DNA of 38,000 nucleotides from a virus, in the IMG/VR virus record IMGVR_UViG_3300039008_000162, positions 1-38,000 of that record; one strand, 5' to 3'. This document shows, piece by piece, positions 35,856 to 38,000 of this stretch; position 1 is the stretch's first letter, and each line of letters opens with the position of its first letter. Below the pieces are notes generated by a model that saw nothing but the letters and a program-made list of their open reading frames with translations, did not search any database and had not been told where the DNA came from. Position numbers and translations under genes: made by a program.

Positions 35856-37631
35856 ATGTACTGTAGCGCAATGCCGCAGTATCCTGAAGAAATAAAAATA
35901 GCAGCGCGTGACTTGTTTTTGCGTAAACACACCATTGCAGAAATTCACACAATGCTCAACTTGTCTAAACGCACGCTCTACCACTGGAGAGATAAAGACG
36001 GTTGGGACAATCTACTACAGCACGAAAGCACCATCAACGCCACCAAGCGCCGCCTTGTGCTGCTTACAGGCAAGGAGAATAAGGACAAGACAGACCTTGC
36101 AGAGCTGAACACGCTTGTCTCTATTTTAGAGCGCCTGCAAAAGCTTGATGAACGCAGACGCAACGCAGAATACGGAGCTAATCCGCAAGACGATGACGGA
36201 AAACCAAGACGCTCCAAGGACAAGAAGAAGCCCAAAAAGAAGATTAAAAACGACGTATCGCACCTTACTGCAGAAGACTTTGCAGAGAAGCTTCACGGCG
36301 ACTATTTCGTGTATCAGCACGAGCTGCGCGAAGCCAAGCGCTACCGCAACCGCTTCATTCTTAAGTCCCGCCAGATCGGTGCCACGTGGTACTTTGCGCA
36401 GGAAGCGTTTGAGGACGCATGCCTCACTGGCGACAACCAGATATTTCTTTCCGCCACACGTGCGCAGGCAGATGTTTTCCGCTGCTACATCATCGCCATT
36501 GCCAAGCAAAAGTTCGACATTGAACTGAAGGGGAAAGACAAGCTGGAACTACACACAGCGCACGGCACAGCCACGCTCTACTTCCTTTCCAACAACTCCA
36601 AAAGTGCGCAGTCGTACCACGGGCATGTATATATTGACGAGTGTTTCTGGATTAACAAATTCAGCGAGCTCTACAAAGTTGCCACCGGCATGGCGACACA
36701 CAAAAAGTGGCGGCGCACCATATTTTCCACCCCGTCATGCGTCAGTCACGAGGCGTATCCGCTGTGGTCTGGCGAACTATACAACAAGCGCTTCAAAACA
36801 AAGCGCGTACAGTTTCCATCCTTCAAGAAACTACAAGCCGGTGTGGAATGCGTGGATAAAATCTGGCGCAAGATCATCACCATTCAGGATGCCATGGCAG
36901 GCGGTTGCGACCTGTTCGACATCAAGCAGCTGAAGCTTGAATACAGCCCCGAAGATTTCGCCAACCTATTCGCCTGCAAGTTCATCGACGGCAGCCTTGG
37001 CGTGTTCAAGCTCTCTGCCCTTGAGCAATGCTACGCAGACAGCAGCGACTGGCACGACTACCGTGCAGACATTCTGCGACCATTCGGCAACATGCCCGTG
37101 TGGGGTGGGTACGATCCGTCCCGCAGCCGCGATGATGCATCGTTCGTCATCGTCGCCCCGCCGCTGGAGCCGCAAGGCACCTTCCGCGTACTCGCCCGCT
37201 TCAAATGGCTTGGGCAATCCCTGCGCTGGCAGGCGGAGCTGATCAAGCAGCTCACCCAGCGCTACAACTTCACCTACATCGGCATGGACACAACCGGTCC
37301 CGGCTTGGGCGTGCTGGAGATGGTAGAAGCCTTCTACCCGCAGGTAACGCCCATCCATTACGGGCTAAAAACCAAAACGCACCTCGTTCTAAAAACGCAG
37401 GACGTAATCAACACAAACCGCATCCACTGGGACGCATCACTCACCGACATCGCCGGAGCATTCCTAACAGTAAAGCAAACCTCCACCGCCAACGGGCACA
37501 TTACCTATTCTGCCAACAGAACATCCGACACAGGGCATGCAGACGTAGCCTGGGCAATAATGCATGCCCTGCACAACGAGCCGCTTGCAACGCTACCGAG
37601 CGGCGGGTCTGATTTCGCAATGAGTGCTTAG
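35856..37631 (+). CDS. P2-family terminase ATPase/large subunit (GpP-like)
   Basis: N-terminal HTH (AEIHTMLNLSKRTLYHWRDKDGWDN), ILKSRQIGATWYFA (Walker A-like) and HVYIDECFW (Walker B-like). 591 aa, divergent from O and N as in P2. Confidence 0.85.
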   Translation: MYCSAMPQYPEEIKIAARDLFLRKHTIAEIHTMLNLSKRTLYHWRDKDGWDNLLQHESTINATKRRLVLLTGKENKDKTDLAELNTLVSILERLQKLDERRRNAEYGANPQDDDGKPRRSKDKKKPKKKIKNDVSHLTAEDFAEKLHGDYFVYQHELREAKRYRNRFILKSRQIGATWYFAQEAFEDACLTGDNQIFLSATRAQADVFRCYIIAIAKQKFDIELKGKDKLELHTAHGTATLYFLSNNSKSAQSYHGHVYIDECFWINKFSELYKVATGMATHKKWRRTIFSTPSCVSHEAYPLWSGELYNKRFKTKRVQFPSFKKLQAGVECVDKIWRKIITIQDAMAGGCDLFDIKQLKLEYSPEDFANLFACKFIDGSLGVFKLSALEQCYADSSDWHDYRADILRPFGNMPVWGGYDPSRSRDDASFVIVAPPLEPQGTFRVLARFKWLGQSLRWQAELIKQLTQRYNFTYIGMDTTGPGLGVLEMVEAFYPQVTPIHYGLKTKTHLVLKTQDVINTNRIHWDASLTDIAGAFLTVKQTSTANGHITYSANRTSDTGHADVAWAIMHALHNEPLATLPSGGSDFAMSA

Positions 37632-37860
37632 GGACTGTTTTGATGCCTCCGGCGGCTGGGCTGAAAACTTTGAAAAGTTTTCCCCCAGACCCCCTTTTAA
37701 ACTTTTTATTAGCGAGCCCACCTCGTTTTTTAATACATCAGTCAGCTTAAAGGGGACTACCCGAAACAGAAAGGTAGCCCCCTTGCGGCTACCAGCAACA
37801 TAAAGCAACGGGCGACCTTCGCCCCTAAAAGTTTTTGGAGAGTCCAGAGAACCTTGTTCC

Positions 37861-38000
37861 CGTAGATTGTAATTTGAAACTTAACACCTTGATGAACTTA
37901 GGGCTTCAAAACAAGAAGCCCCATGATATGTTGTCCTTACATGAAAAAACTCCACAATGGAGGGATAACTACATGGGGCATAAACAGATTACATTTGAAG
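37861..38000. repeat. Right copy of the perfect 140-bp inverted repeat (partner 1..140)
   Basis: Exact reverse complement of 1..140. Confidence 0.97.
37973..38000 (+). CDS. 5' end of an outward-reading ORF (MGHKQITFE...), possibly an IS5-family transposase; truncated by the window edge
   Basis: ATG at 37973 with a GGAGG SD 8 nt upstream. Mirror image of 1..28. Confidence 0.35.

Larger units (their letters stand above)
29424..37631. mobile_element. P2-like prophage remnant (head module plus partial, decayed tail module)
   Basis: Divergent P versus O-N arrangement as in P2. GpR-like, GpS-like and DUF2586-like genes are disrupted. Portal Q, M, L, the lysis genes and the distal tail genes are absent. 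Confidence 0.8.

Noticed and set aside
37593-37808. The 71-aa minus-strand ORF after the terminase gene
   Set aside because: It overlaps the terminase 3' end and consists largely of hairpin and palindrome sequence. It has no SD and an unconvincing composition.
1-38000. The terminal inverted repeats as genuine ends of a linear phage or plasmid genome (ITR)
   Set aside because: Each repeat contains an SD and ORF start that reads outward and is cut by the window edge, so the sequence continues beyond the window. The content is two unrelated, truncated phage remnants, not one genome.

Overview
This window is a mosaic of mobile-element wreckage rather than core chromosome. (1) Both ends, 1..140 and 37861..38000, form a perfect 140-bp inverted repeat. 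Each copy carries an SD and the first 9 codons (MGHKQITFE) of an outward-reading ORF that looks like an IS5-type transposase start, so two inverted copies of one element appear to bracket the segment. (2) 1403..21447 is a contiguous late-gene block of a podovirus-like phage: TerS, TerL, portal, scaffold, P22-coat-like capsid, tail/receptor-binding genes and Gly/Ala-rich ejection-like proteins on the minus strand, plus a divergent nuclease/holin/SLT-lysin block. No replication, lysogeny or integrase genes are present, and its lysin is cut off and fused to the 3' remnant of a tyrosine integrase. (3) 21.6-23.3 kb is an AT-rich mini-island with a lipoprotein and an HNH nuclease. (4) An orphan 3' half of tRNA-Ser(CGA) at 23335..23393, arm-type repeats and an intact P4-type integrase follow. 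(5) 24.8-29.4 kb is AT-rich cargo: a UDG-fold-like protein, two small helical proteins, a two-gene multi-TM operon, and a membrane-anchored protein with eight 11-residue repeats. This is my best candidate for an undescribed, probably anti-phage, system. (6) 29424..37631 is a decaying P2-like remnant. Terminase GpP, scaffold GpO, capsid GpN and a spike are intact. The GpR-like, GpS-like and DUF2586-like genes are broken, and portal, GpM and GpL are missing. All functional calls rest on remembered motifs and gene order; no searches were run.
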